The notes under the pieces: model-generated
The model's database searches: none
What the model was told of the DNA's origin: nothing
Seen by the model: only the letters and a program-made list of their open reading frames with translations
Shown here: piece by piece, positions 17,533 to 26,024 of the stretch
Layout: every line of letters begins with the position of its first letter
How positions within the stretch are numbered: position 1 is the stretch's first letter
NCBI RefSeq assembly: GCF_900187275.1
Contig: NZ_LT906458.1
Location: 210,001-242,000 of the forward strand
Direction: 5' to 3'
Length of the DNA stretch: 32,000 bases
DNA from: Pasteurella multocida
Lineage (GTDB): Bacteria; Pseudomonadota; Gammaproteobacteria; Enterobacterales; Pasteurellaceae
Program-made: the position numbers and the translations under genes

Positions 17533-18747
17533 ATGTTACCTTTTCAGGCTGCTCGTCAACGTCAATTTGCGCGTGTTATCACCTTTGCGCTTGCTGGGTT
17601 TGTGTTTAATACAACAGAGTTTATTCCTGTTGCCTTACTCTCTGATATTGCGCAAAGCTTCGCGATGCCCGTATCACAAACGGGTTTAATAATTACTGTT
17701 TATGCTTGGGTAGTGTCATTAATGTCATTGCCCTTTATGTTACTGACTGCAAAAGCAGAGCGTAGAGGGTTATTGATTAAATTACTGGTGTTATTTATTT
17801 TAAGTCATCTGTTATCCGTGATCGCTTGGGATTTTTGGGTATTAGTATTAGCCAGAATAGGTGTCGCATTAACCCATTCTATTTTTTGGGCAATTACTGC
17901 GTCTTTAGTCATTCGGGTTGCGCCTAAAGATAAAAAATCACAGGCAATTGGACTACTTGCTATAGGTTGTTCTTTGGCAATGATTTTAGGTTTGCCTCTC
18001 GGACGTTTGATTGGGCAATTCTTTGGTTGGCGTGTAACCTTTGCCATTATTGCCCTTATTGCGATAGGCATTTTATGCTTGTTTTATCAACTTTTACCGC
18101 ACTTACCAAGTAAGAATGCGGGTTCTTTAAATAGTCTGCCAACGCTTTTTAAACGTCCATTATTGCTTGGGCTTTATGCGCTTACTATGATTATTATTTC
18201 GGCTCATTTTACTGCGTATAGCTATATTGAACCCTTTATGCTCAATATCAGCACAATGAGTCATAGTATGGCAACTTTTGTTCTCTTCGTCTTCGGTCTT
18301 TCTGGCATTACCGCCAGTTTGTTATTTAATCGCTATTATAATGCAGGACCGATCCGTTTTATTTTGTTTTCAATGGGACTACTCACCGCCACACTCTTGC
18401 TCTTATTCATTGCGAGCCAACAAACGTGGACAATGTTTTTATTAACCTTCTTCTGGGGAATTGGCATAGCAGGCATTGGCTTAGGATTACAAATTCGAGT
18501 GTTACACCTTGCACCTGATGCTACAGATGTCGCGATGGCAATCTATTCTGGGATTTATAATATTGGCATTGGGGCTGGCGCATTGCTAGGTAATCAAGTG
18601 ATGCAACATTATGGGCTAGCCTACATTGGTGTTGCTGGGGCGTTATTTGCAGTATTCGGGCTTGTTTTATTTATTTTAGTCCAGTGGAAATATGGTCACT
18701 TAGCGCCAAATAAGCTATCGACTGAAGAGAAGAAAAAGTGCGGTTAA
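17533..18747 (+). CDS. sotB: MFS sugar efflux transporter (SotB/YdeA type)
   Basis: Collinear with E. coli SotB: FNTTEF.PV.LLSDIAQSF, YAW.V.LMSLPFML, GLPLGR..GQ.FGWR.TF, TAYSYIEPF, LAPDATDVAMA..SGI.NIGIGAGAL.GNQV. Confidence 0.8.
   Translation: MLPFQAARQRQFARVITFALAGFVFNTTEFIPVALLSDIAQSFAMPVSQTGLIITVYAWVVSLMSLPFMLLTAKAERRGLLIKLLVLFILSHLLSVIAWDFWVLVLARIGVALTHSIFWAITASLVIRVAPKDKKSQAIGLLAIGCSLAMILGLPLGRLIGQFFGWRVTFAIIALIAIGILCLFYQLLPHLPSKNAGSLNSLPTLFKRPLLLGLYALTMIIISAHFTAYSYIEPFMLNISTMSHSMATFVLFVFGLSGITASLLFNRYYNAGPIRFILFSMGLLTATLLLLFIASQQTWTMFLLTFFWGIGIAGIGLGLQIRVLHLAPDATDVAMAIYSGIYNIGIGAGALLGNQVMQHYGLAYIGVAGALFAVFGLVLFILVQWKYGHLAPNKLSTEEKKKCG
18096..18104 (-). repeat. Uptake signal sequence core (Hin-type)
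   Basis: Exact reverse complement. Confidence 0.8.
18736..18744 (+). repeat. Uptake signal sequence core (Hin-type)
   Basis: Exact 9-mer at the 3' end of sotB. Confidence 0.8.
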
Positions 18748-18766
18748 TATGAATCATATTATTGAA

Positions 18767-18856
18767 TGGCGGTGAGAGAGGGATTCGAACCCTCGATACA
18801 CTTTCGCATATACACGCTTTCCAGGCGTGCTCCTTCAACCACTCGGACATCTCACC
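18767..18856 (-). tRNA. tRNA-Ser (anticodon GGA)
   Basis: The minus strand reads GGTGAGATGTCCGAGTGGTTGAAGGAGCACGCCTGGAAAGCGTG...GAGGGTTCGAATCCCTCTCTCACCGCCA. It is 90 nt with a long variable arm (class II), anticodon loop CTGGAAA, and encoded CCA. Confidence 0.93.
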
Positions 18857-18874
18857 GTTTTGAATAGGGTGTGA

Positions 18875-18903
18875 ACTATAAGAATTTCATTGAAGTTAGT
18901 CAA
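18875..18903 (-). promoter_or_regulatory. Near-consensus sigma70 promoter of tRNA-Ser
   Basis: On the minus strand: TTGACT (18903-18898), a 17-nt spacer, then TATAGT (18880-18875). This predicts a leader of about 11 nt before the tRNA 5' end. Confidence 0.6.
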
Positions 18904-18994
18904 GTATTTTTTGCGTTAGAACATAAAATGCTGTGCTAAATTGAGATAAAATAAACAGTCTTGTTTTCTTAAATTTTGTAGGTCTTATTTTAAT

Positions 18995-20734
18995 ATGTTG
19001 AAGAAATGGTTTCTCAGCAAAAATGTGTTCTTAGCCGTTAAGCCTTTTAGTGCGTTAAAAGAGAGTTTTCGCGCAGGTTACACGCGTCAATCTTTAATTA
19101 GAGATATTATCGCCGGTTTAACTATTGGGGTGATTGCAATTCCTTTGTCAATGGCACTGGCGATTGCCAGTGGCGTAGCGCCTCAACATGGTTTATATAC
19201 AGCGATTGTCGCAGGGATGATTATAGCGGTAACAGGGGGATCGCGTTTTAATGTTTCTGGTCCCACGGCGGCATTTGTAGTGATTTTGTACCCGATTACG
19301 CAACAGTTTGGTTTGGGTGGCTTGTTAATGGCCACGTTGTTATCGGGCTTGATTTTAGTTCTCATGGCTTTGTTCCGCTTAGGACGTCTCATCGAATACA
19401 TTCCTTTGCCCGTTACCCTAGGTTTTACCTGTGGAATTGGTATCGTCATTGCCACGTTACAAATTAAAGATTTTTTAGGGCTATCTATTTTGGAAATGCC
19501 TGCGCATTATCTTGAAAAAGTGCAAACTATTGTCACTGCATTACCGACGATCAATTGGGCTGATGCTCTTGTTGGGATCGTGACCTTATTGATGTTAACG
19601 CAATGGCATAAATTACGTTTACCTATTCCGGGTCATTTACCTGCTGTGATTATTGCCACGTTATTGTCTTTAGGCTTAATTTCTGTAGGTCAAGATGTTG
19701 CCACCATTGGTTCAGCCTTTCAATACACTTTATCCGATGGCACACAAGGATTTGGTATTCCAAATGCCTTACCTGAATTTATCTTGCCTTGGCATATTCC
19801 GAATGCACAAGGGGAAGTGATTACTTGGAATTTAGAGACCATTCAAGCGTTATTACCGGCAGCGTTTTCTATGGCAGTATTAGGCGCAATTGAATCCTTA
19901 TTATGTGCGGTGATTTTAGATAATATGACAGACACAAAACACCATTCTAATAATGAATTATTAGCACAAGGATTAGGGAATATTGCCGCACCGTTTTTAG
20001 GGGGGATCACAGCGACAGCGGCGATTGCGCGTTCTGTCGCGAATGTAAAAGCAGGTGGCGTGTCACCTATTTCCAGTGTTGTACATGCATTATTGGTTCT
20101 GTTTGCGCTCTTGTTTTTTGCAAATGCGTTATCTTATTTACCGCTTTCGTCGATGGCAGCTTTATTGCTCGTTGTGGCATGGAATATGGCAAATGTACCC
20201 CAAATTATTCAGCTCATCCGCCGCTCTGGTCGTAATGAAATCGCGGTGTTATTAACGTGCTTAATTTTAACAATCATTTTTGATATGGTGATTGCGATTA
20301 CTGTTGGCGTCTTATTAGCAAGTTTACTGTTTATTCGTACAATTGCAGAAATGACAAAGTCGATTGAAATTGCCCATCCTGAAGATTTAAATGATGTGCT
20401 AGTTTATCGTATTAGTGGACCGTTATTTTTTGCTGCAGCAGATAATTTATTTGCCGATTTACATGATAAAACCGTCAATACCGAGCATGAAATTAAACAT
20501 ATTGTATTGCAATGCGATGCGGTCACGGTGCTCGATACGGGAGGTATTCATGCGTTGACTCGTTTTGTACAACATATGTTGCCACATCAACAGCTTTATA
20601 TGTGTAATATGCAATTTCAACCGCTACGAATGATTGTCAAATCGAATACGGTAAATGAAATTCAGAAAATTAATTTTGCTTCGGATTTGTCAGATGCTTT
20701 TAATAAAATCCGCGTTTTTGAACAACAAGCATAA
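18995..20734 (+). CDS. dauA: SulP-family C4-dicarboxylate transporter with C-terminal STAS domain (DauA/YchM type)
   Basis: Collinear with E. coli DauA: RD.IAG.T.G.IAIPL.MALAI.SGVAPQ.GLYTA, GGSRF.VSGPTAAFVVILYP..QQFGL.GLL.ATLLSG, LIEYIP..VTLGFT.GIGI, AAFSMA.LGAIESLLCAV.LD, GGITATAAIARS.ANV.AG..SPIS, and STAS motifs (GPLFFAAA, FQPLR). Confidence 0.88.
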   Translation: MLKKWFLSKNVFLAVKPFSALKESFRAGYTRQSLIRDIIAGLTIGVIAIPLSMALAIASGVAPQHGLYTAIVAGMIIAVTGGSRFNVSGPTAAFVVILYPITQQFGLGGLLMATLLSGLILVLMALFRLGRLIEYIPLPVTLGFTCGIGIVIATLQIKDFLGLSILEMPAHYLEKVQTIVTALPTINWADALVGIVTLLMLTQWHKLRLPIPGHLPAVIIATLLSLGLISVGQDVATIGSAFQYTLSDGTQGFGIPNALPEFILPWHIPNAQGEVITWNLETIQALLPAAFSMAVLGAIESLLCAVILDNMTDTKHHSNNELLAQGLGNIAAPFLGGITATAAIARSVANVKAGGVSPISSVVHALLVLFALLFFANALSYLPLSSMAALLLVVAWNMANVPQIIQLIRRSGRNEIAVLLTCLILTIIFDMVIAITVGVLLASLLFIRTIAEMTKSIEIAHPEDLNDVLVYRISGPLFFAAADNLFADLHDKTVNTEHEIKHIVLQCDAVTVLDTGGIHALTRFVQHMLPHQQLYMCNMQFQPLRMIVKSNTVNEIQKINFASDLSDAFNKIRVFEQQA

Positions 20735-20755
20735 TACGGTTTAGAGGAGAACAAC

Positions 20756-21418
20756 ATGGCTTACCGCACCGCAGAGATCGTTGAAAAATTACGCGCTTGG
20801 AAAGTCATTCCTGTGATTGCGTTAGATAATCCTGAGATGATTTTACCGCTAGCAGATTGTTTAGCTGAACATGGTTTACCTGTCGTAGAAATCACGTTTC
20901 GTTCAAGTGCAGCGGAACAAGCCATTCGTTTACTTAAACAACAACGCCCAGCTATTTTTGTCGCGGCTGGCACGGTGCTTAACCCAGAACAGGTGATGCA
21001 AGCCAAGAATGCGGGGGCAGATTGTGTGGTGACACTGGGATTTAATCCAAAAATTGTTGAACTGTGTCAACGTTTATCCTTCCCCATTATCCCCGGCGTG
21101 AATAACCCAATGGCAATTGAAGCTGCGCTTGAAATGGGCATTCATGCTGTAAAATTTTTCCCCGCGGAAGCTTCGGGCGGAGTAGCAATGATTAAAGCAT
21201 TGTTAGGACCTTATCCGATGTTACAAATTATGCCAACAGGGGGCATTCATTTACAAAATATCTGTGATTATTTGGCAATTCCTAATGTGGTCGCTTGTGG
21301 TGGTTCTTGGTTTGTAGAAAAACAGCTAATTCAACAACAAAATTGGCAAGAAATTGGGCGTTTGACACAAGCGGTGATAGCACAGATAAACGACGAAAAA
21401 GAGCGGTCATTTTTGTGA
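20756..21418 (+). CDS. eda: KHG/KDPG aldolase (2-dehydro-3-deoxyphosphogluconate / 4-hydroxy-2-oxoglutarate aldolase)
   Basis: V.PVI, E.T.R...A..AI, GAGTVLNP.Q, the Schiff-base lysine context KFFPAEA.GG, PTGGI, GGSW: collinear with E. coli Eda. SD agaggag lies 21 nt after the dauA stop. Confidence 0.88.
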   Translation: MAYRTAEIVEKLRAWKVIPVIALDNPEMILPLADCLAEHGLPVVEITFRSSAAEQAIRLLKQQRPAIFVAAGTVLNPEQVMQAKNAGADCVVTLGFNPKIVELCQRLSFPIIPGVNNPMAIEAALEMGIHAVKFFPAEASGGVAMIKALLGPYPMLQIMPTGGIHLQNICDYLAIPNVVACGGSWFVEKQLIQQQNWQEIGRLTQAVIAQINDEKERSFL

Positions 21419-21506
21419 AAATTTTTTCACTTTGGGTTTGTGTGAATCTTTTATAAGATAAACAGTCTAATGGAGTTCTTATTGGTACTTTATGAGGAAA
21501 GCTAAC

Positions 21507-22145
21507 ATGAATTTTAATCGTTTATTAAATGAAGTTTTAAATACCGTCACTCAATCTGCGGGTCAGTTGAATAAGCCTAGTCAAAGTACGGCGGATACAA
21601 TCACGAAAGTGGGTGGTGGTGCGGCTTTGGCGGGGATTTTGTCCATGGTGCTTGGTCGCAAGGGTGGCGCGAAATTGACGAAATTGGGCTCATTGGCTGC
21701 TTTGGGCAGTTTAGCTTATCAAGCCTATCAGAATTATCAGAAGAACCAGCCTGTTCAAAATACAGGCGAGCTTTCGCAAGAAGCATTCGTAGCAACTCCG
21801 CAAACGGAAGACAGTAGCGCCATTATTCTACGCACGATGATTGCAGCTGCGATTTCGGATGGCGTATTAGAGGAATCGGAACGTGCCTTGATTATGCAAG
21901 AAGGCGGGGATGATCCGGCGTTACAACAGTGGTTAGAGCAAGAAATCACGCATCCGATAAGTGTGAGCGAGATTGCGAAAATAGTCGGAAAAGATACCGC
22001 ACTTGCCACGCAGGTGTACCTTGCTGCACGCATGGTATGCCAAGATTTATCACGTAAAGAAATTGTGTTTCTTGGTCAATTAGCGCAAGCCTTAAATTTA
22101 GATGATGCACTTGTGGAACAACTTGAGAAACAGGCTGGATTTTAG
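21507..22145 (+). CDS. DUF533 / TerB-like inner-membrane protein (YebE-like)
   Basis: A Gly/Ala-rich membrane segment (GGGAALAGILSMVLGRKGG..LGSLAALGSLAYQAY) is followed by a TerB-like C-terminal domain (RTMIAAAISDG.L.E.ER). I prefer the ATG at 21507 (aggaaa SD 7 nt upstream) over 21492. Confidence 0.6.
   Translation: MNFNRLLNEVLNTVTQSAGQLNKPSQSTADTITKVGGGAALAGILSMVLGRKGGAKLTKLGSLAALGSLAYQAYQNYQKNQPVQNTGELSQEAFVATPQTEDSSAIILRTMIAAAISDGVLEESERALIMQEGGDDPALQQWLEQEITHPISVSEIAKIVGKDTALATQVYLAARMVCQDLSRKEIVFLGQLAQALNLDDALVEQLEKQAGF
21996..22004 (-). repeat. Uptake signal sequence core (Hin-type)
   Basis: Exact reverse complement. Confidence 0.8.
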
Positions 22146-22147
22146 TT

Positions 22148-22182
22148 AAAAAAATGGCAAGGTGAGAGCCTTGCCATTTTTT
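22148..22182. terminator. Bidirectional rho-independent terminator between the DUF533 gene and cysS
   Basis: 12-bp stem aaaatggcaagg (22151-22162) / ccttgccatttt (22169-22180) with loop tgagag. It is flanked by an A-run and a T-run, between convergent genes. Confidence 0.85.
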
Positions 22183-22195
22183 ATGATTTTTTGAC

Positions 22196-23575
22196 TTACT
22201 GTTTACGCCAAGTGGTACCATTTACGTTATCTTCTAATACCACACCCATTTCAGCCAGTTTGTTACGTGCGGCATCCGCACTTGCCCAATCTTTTGCTGC
22301 CCGGGCATCATTACGCTGTTTGATTAACGCCTCAATCAGCACGACTTCATCATTGTCTGAACCCGATTGTAAGAATTGCTCTGGATCTTGGTAGAGTAAA
22401 CCTAATATTCCCGCTAATTCACGTAAGCGGGCTGCAAGCGCATTGGCTTTTAATATATCTTCATTTTTCAGTTTGTTGATTTCACGTGCGATTTCGAATA
22501 AGACTGAAATGGCTTTCGGAGTATTGAAATCATCATCCATGGCTTCTCTAAAGGCAGCAAGGTAGTTTTGCCCTTCTGTCGCGACTGCAGTTGGGTCTGT
22601 TCCTCGTAATGCCGTATATAAACGTTCTAAAGCACTGTGCGCAAGATTGAGGTTTTCTTCGCTGTAATTTAATTGGCTACGGTAATGTGCTGTCAGTAGA
22701 AAGTAACGTACACTTTCTGCGTCATAGAGTGATAATACTTCACGTAATGTAAAGAAATTACCCAGTGATTTGGACATTTTTTCTCGATCAACCATAATCA
22801 TGCCAGAATGTATCCAATAGTTAACGTAGCGTCCACTATGGGCACAGCAAGACTGTGCAATTTCATTTTCATGGTGAGGGAAGGTTAAATCCGAGCCTCC
22901 GCCATGAATATCAAAATGCTCACCTAATTCTTTATGGTTCATGGCAGAACACTCAATATGCCAACCGGGACGACCTTCTCCCCAAGGGGATGACCAACTT
23001 GGCTCCCCTGGTTTGGACATTTTCCATAACACAAAATCCATCGGATTTTTTTTGACATTGACAATTTCAACACGAGCGCCTGCTTGGAGCTGTTCTAAAT
23101 TTTGACGAGAAAGCTTTCCGTATTCTTTAAAACTTTCGACATCAAACATCACATCACCATTAGCGGATACATAAGCATGTTGACGAGCTATCAGCTTTTC
23201 AATCATTGCGATAATTTCAGGAATATGGTGGGTTGCACGGGGTTCTACATCTGGACGTAATACATTGAGTGCATCAAAGTCTTTGTGCATTTCTGAAATC
23301 ATTTTTTCAACAAGTTGATTACATGTCTCATTATTTTCTAATGCCCGTTTGATAATTTTATCGTCCACATCTGTGATGTTACGCACATAAGTTAAGTTAT
23401 AGCCTAAATACCGAAGATAACGAGCAATCACATCAAAACAAACGAATGTACGCCCGTGTCCTACGTGGCATAAATCATAAACCGTAATACCGCAAACATA
23501 CATACCCACTTTGTTGGCATGAATGGGTTTAAAGATTTCCTTTTCTCTTGTTAATGTATTAAAAATTTTTAGCAT
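22196..23575 (-). CDS. cysS: Cysteine--tRNA ligase
   Basis: 459 aa with a class I HIGH-type motif (CHVGHGR), KMSKS, and the zinc-site region (WHIECS). It lies divergent from ppiB, as in E. coli. Confidence 0.96.
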   Translation of the reverse strand: MLKIFNTLTREKEIFKPIHANKVGMYVCGITVYDLCHVGHGRTFVCFDVIARYLRYLGYNLTYVRNITDVDDKIIKRALENNETCNQLVEKMISEMHKDFDALNVLRPDVEPRATHHIPEIIAMIEKLIARQHAYVSANGDVMFDVESFKEYGKLSRQNLEQLQAGARVEIVNVKKNPMDFVLWKMSKPGEPSWSSPWGEGRPGWHIECSAMNHKELGEHFDIHGGGSDLTFPHHENEIAQSCCAHSGRYVNYWIHSGMIMVDREKMSKSLGNFFTLREVLSLYDAESVRYFLLTAHYRSQLNYSEENLNLAHSALERLYTALRGTDPTAVATEGQNYLAAFREAMDDDFNTPKAISVLFEIAREINKLKNEDILKANALAARLRELAGILGLLYQDPEQFLQSGSDNDEVVLIEALIKQRNDARAAKDWASADAARNKLAEMGVVLEDNVNGTTWRKQ

Positions 23576-23711
23576 GGATTGGTTCTCTTAAGTGTATAGG
23601 AGTGTTATAAATTTAGCATAGCGTATTTGCCATAAACAAAGTTACTTTATAGCATTTAATGCGCTTTTATGAAATAATCGAATGATATAAAACTATTAGA
23701 GGAAAACAGAT

Positions 23712-24221
23712 ATGATTACATTACACACTAACTTGGGTAACATTAAAATTCAATTAGATCATGAAAAAGCACCGAACACAGCACAAAACTTTGTAAATTA
23801 CTGTAAAAGTGGATTCTATGATAACACAATTTTTCATCGTGTTATTGATGGATTTATGATCCAAGGTGGTGGTATGGATGAGGCGATGCGTGAGAAAAAG
23901 ACGAATGCGCCGATCCAAAATGAAGCCAACAATGGTTTAAGTAACAAACGTGGCACAATTGCGATGGCGCGAACATCGGATCCTCATTCTGCGACCGCAC
24001 AATTTTTTATTAATGTAGCAGATAATACTTTTTTAGATCACCGTTCAAAAGAGTTATTTGGTAAAAAGGTGGTACAAGAGTGGGGCTATGCCGTCTTTGG
24101 TGAAGTGGTTGAGGGCATGGATGTAGTAGATAAGATCAAAGGCGTGAAAACCGGAAATAAAGGGTTTCACCAAGATGTACCACAAGAAGCCATCGTGATT
24201 ACTGCAGTGACCGTTGAATAA
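23712..24221 (+). CDS. ppiB: Cytoplasmic cyclophilin-type peptidyl-prolyl cis-trans isomerase B
   Basis: 169 aa with no signal peptide. Cyclophilin blocks are present: [54 protein letters not shown]. It is in the conserved position opposite cysS. Confidence 0.92.
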   Translation: MITLHTNLGNIKIQLDHEKAPNTAQNFVNYCKSGFYDNTIFHRVIDGFMIQGGGMDEAMREKKTNAPIQNEANNGLSNKRGTIAMARTSDPHSATAQFFINVADNTFLDHRSKELFGKKVVQEWGYAVFGEVVEGMDVVDKIKGVKTGNKGFHQDVPQEAIVITAVTVE

Positions 24222-24229
24222 TCAGTCTC

Positions 24230-24256
24230 TCCCCTCGTAATTGAGGGGATTCTTTT
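24230..24256 (+). terminator. Rho-independent terminator between the two cyclophilin genes
   Basis: 7-bp GC-rich stem tcccctc (24230-24236) / gagggga (24243-24249) with loop gtaatt and tail ttctttt. The tail ends 13 nt before the next ATG and overlaps its SD region (aggag). Confidence 0.7.
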
Positions 24257-24269
24257 AGGAGAAGAGAAA

Positions 24270-24821
24270 ATGTTAAGAATAATTACCGCACTTTTGCTTG
24301 CTGGTGTTGTTTGTGTTGCTCAAGCAAAGAATGTGGTTTTACATACAAATTATGGCGATATTAAAATGGTGTTAGAAGAGGAGAAAGCGCCCATTAGCAC
24401 TCAGAATTTTCTACGTTATAGCCAAGCGGGATTTTATAACGGTACGATTTTTCATCGTGTTATTCCCAGTTTTATGATTCAAGCTGGGGGATTTGAGGTT
24501 GGGATGAAGCAAAAGAAAACCGATGCGCCTATTACAAATGAGGCGAATAATGGTTTGAAAAATTTGCGCGGTACTGTTGCAATGGCACGGACGTCTGATC
24601 CGCATTCTGCCACAGCGCAATTCTTTATTAATACAGTTGACAATGATTTTTTGAATTTTAGTGCAGAAACGCAAAAAGGTTGGGGATATGCGGTTTTTGC
24701 TAACGTAGTGGCAGGTATGGACGTGGTTGATCGTATTAGCCAAGTAGATACTGAGCGATCAGGATTTCACCGTGATGTACCAAAAGCGCCAGTGATCATT
24801 AAAAGTGTCACTATTGAATAG
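24270..24821 (+). CDS. Exported (periplasmic) cyclophilin-type PPIase, PpiB-like core with signal peptide
   Basis: Sec signal [19 protein letters not shown]|KN with an AxA cleavage site. The mature part aligns from its first residues with cytoplasmic E. coli PpiB (GFE.GMKQK....[40 protein letters not shown]...GWGY.VFA.VV.GMDVVD.I......RSG.H.DVPK..VII.SVT). Confidence 0.88.
   Translation: MLRIITALLLAGVVCVAQAKNVVLHTNYGDIKMVLEEEKAPISTQNFLRYSQAGFYNGTIFHRVIPSFMIQAGGFEVGMKQKKTDAPITNEANNGLKNLRGTVAMARTSDPHSATAQFFINTVDNDFLNFSAETQKGWGYAVFANVVAGMDVVDRISQVDTERSGFHRDVPKAPVIIKSVTIE
24285..24293 (-). repeat. Uptake signal sequence core (Hin-type)
   Basis: Exact reverse complement inside the signal-peptide coding region of the exported cyclophilin. 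Confidence 0.8.
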
Positions 24822-24927
24822 AGCAAGGCTAGCATCACTTTTATGGGCGCGATAGCGGGTCGTTATTTTGATTATTCAGGGAAAATAACTCTCTAGTTCT
24901 AATCCATAAGAATGAATAGAAAACGAT

Positions 24928-25719
24928 ATGCCATTTTTTGATACACATATCCATTTAGATTATTTACAGCAAGAAACAGGAGAAACGCTGGCACAATTAG
25001 TGGAACAAGCACAACAAGCCAATGTGCAAAAAATGCTAATGGTTGGCGTCTCTTCCGAGCATATTGTGACACTTACACAAATGGCTACTGCGTATCCTGA
25101 GTCTTTGTATTACGGCGTCGGGCTTCATCCTTTGTATATTCGGCAGCATACTTACGCTGATTTAGAGAAATTGCAACAGACGTTAGACAAACGACTTTCT
25201 AATTGTTGTGCTGTGGCAGAAATTGGTCTAGAAAGAGCGGTACCCGATTTGTTAAATGACGGGCTATGGGAAAAACAATGTGCGTTTCTTGAAGCACAGC
25301 TAGCATTGGCAAAGCAGTATGGCTTAGCGGTCAGTTTACATTCACGTAAAGCACATGATCAGCTTGTTCCTTTTTTACGGTATATTTCTTCACCAATGTG
25401 TGGTATTATCCACGGATTTTCTGGTAGCTATCAACAAGCTGTTCGTTTTGTTGATCTCGGTTATAAAATCGGAGTAGGCGGGACGATTACGTATTTGCGT
25501 GCGAATAAAACTCGTGATGTGATTCGCCGTTTGCCTTTAGATTGCCTTGTATTAGAAACAGATGCGCCTGATATGCCTGTATTTGGCTTTCAAGGACAGG
25601 TCAATCGACCGGAGAGAATCGTCAATATTTTTGCTCATTTATGTGAGTTAAGAGCGGAAAGACCAGAAGAAATTAAGCAAGTTATTTGGCAAAATAGCTG
25701 TAAGCTGTTTTCAATTTAA
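24928..25719 (+). CDS. yjjV: TatD-family metal-dependent hydrolase (YjjV type)
   Basis: It has FDTHIHLD at the N-terminus. The C-terminal half is collinear with E. coli YjjV (HGFSGS.QQA.RFV.LGYKIGVGGTITY.RA.KTRDVI..LPL..L.LETDAPDMP..GFQGQ.NRPE). Confidence 0.85.
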   Translation: MPFFDTHIHLDYLQQETGETLAQLVEQAQQANVQKMLMVGVSSEHIVTLTQMATAYPESLYYGVGLHPLYIRQHTYADLEKLQQTLDKRLSNCCAVAEIGLERAVPDLLNDGLWEKQCAFLEAQLALAKQYGLAVSLHSRKAHDQLVPFLRYISSPMCGIIHGFSGSYQQAVRFVDLGYKIGVGGTITYLRANKTRDVIRRLPLDCLVLETDAPDMPVFGFQGQVNRPERIVNIFAHLCELRAERPEEIKQVIWQNSCKLFSI

Positions 25720-25757
25720 AGTTCCTATTTACTCTTTTTATGTTGAGAAGATAACTT

Positions 25758-26000
25758 ATGCTCAAAGCAAGGATGTTACTCTTATTACGCATTTATTTAT
25801 TACTTTCTGAGCGCGTTGCTTGGGTTTCTAAAGACTTGTCTGATGCACAAGTGGTTAAACCAGCATATCAGCGAAATGCAATGCAAAAGAAACCAAGAAA
25901 AGGGTGGGCGATCTTGTCGCGTTCGGCAAGATTTAATCTTATTTTAGGTACGATTCTGTTCATATTAGGTAACCTCCTGATCTTTTGGGTACTCATGTAA
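25758..26000 (+). CDS. Hypothetical small membrane protein (80 aa), uncertain
   Basis: It is the only ORF in the 305-bp yjjV-nrdG gap. A basic stretch (QKKPRKGW..SRSAR) precedes a C-terminal hydrophobic helix (FNLILGTILFILGNLLIFWVLM). The SD (gagaag) is weak, and I recognise no family. Confidence 0.3.
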   Translation: MLKARMLLLLRIYLLLSERVAWVSKDLSDAQVVKPAYQRNAMQKKPRKGWAILSRSARFNLILGTILFILGNLLIFWVLM

Positions 26001-26024
26001 CTCAGCTGCTAGCATCCATATCGC

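Noticed and set aside
18745-18766. Hairpin aatatg-aat-catatt as a shared terminator for sotB and tRNA-Ser
   Set aside because: It is only a 6-bp all-A/T stem with a 3-nt loop and no clear U-run, which is too weak to call.
21367-21375. Apl-type USS core ACAAGCGGT
   Set aside because: It is a single occurrence against 11 Hin-type cores, so it is most likely chance.
21601-22394. ORFs 21601-21795(-), 21755-22033(-), 21946-22221(-) and 22191-22394(+)
   Set aside because: They are antisense shadows of the DUF533 gene and cysS. One runs straight through the bidirectional terminator.
23046-23053. T8 homopolymer (and G6 at 7396-7401) as phase-variation tracts
   Set aside because: They lie inside the housekeeping genes cysS and rsmC. 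They are short, and they simply encode Lys-Lys-Asn and Gly-Gly. No tetranucleotide or longer SSR tracts were seen anywhere in the window.
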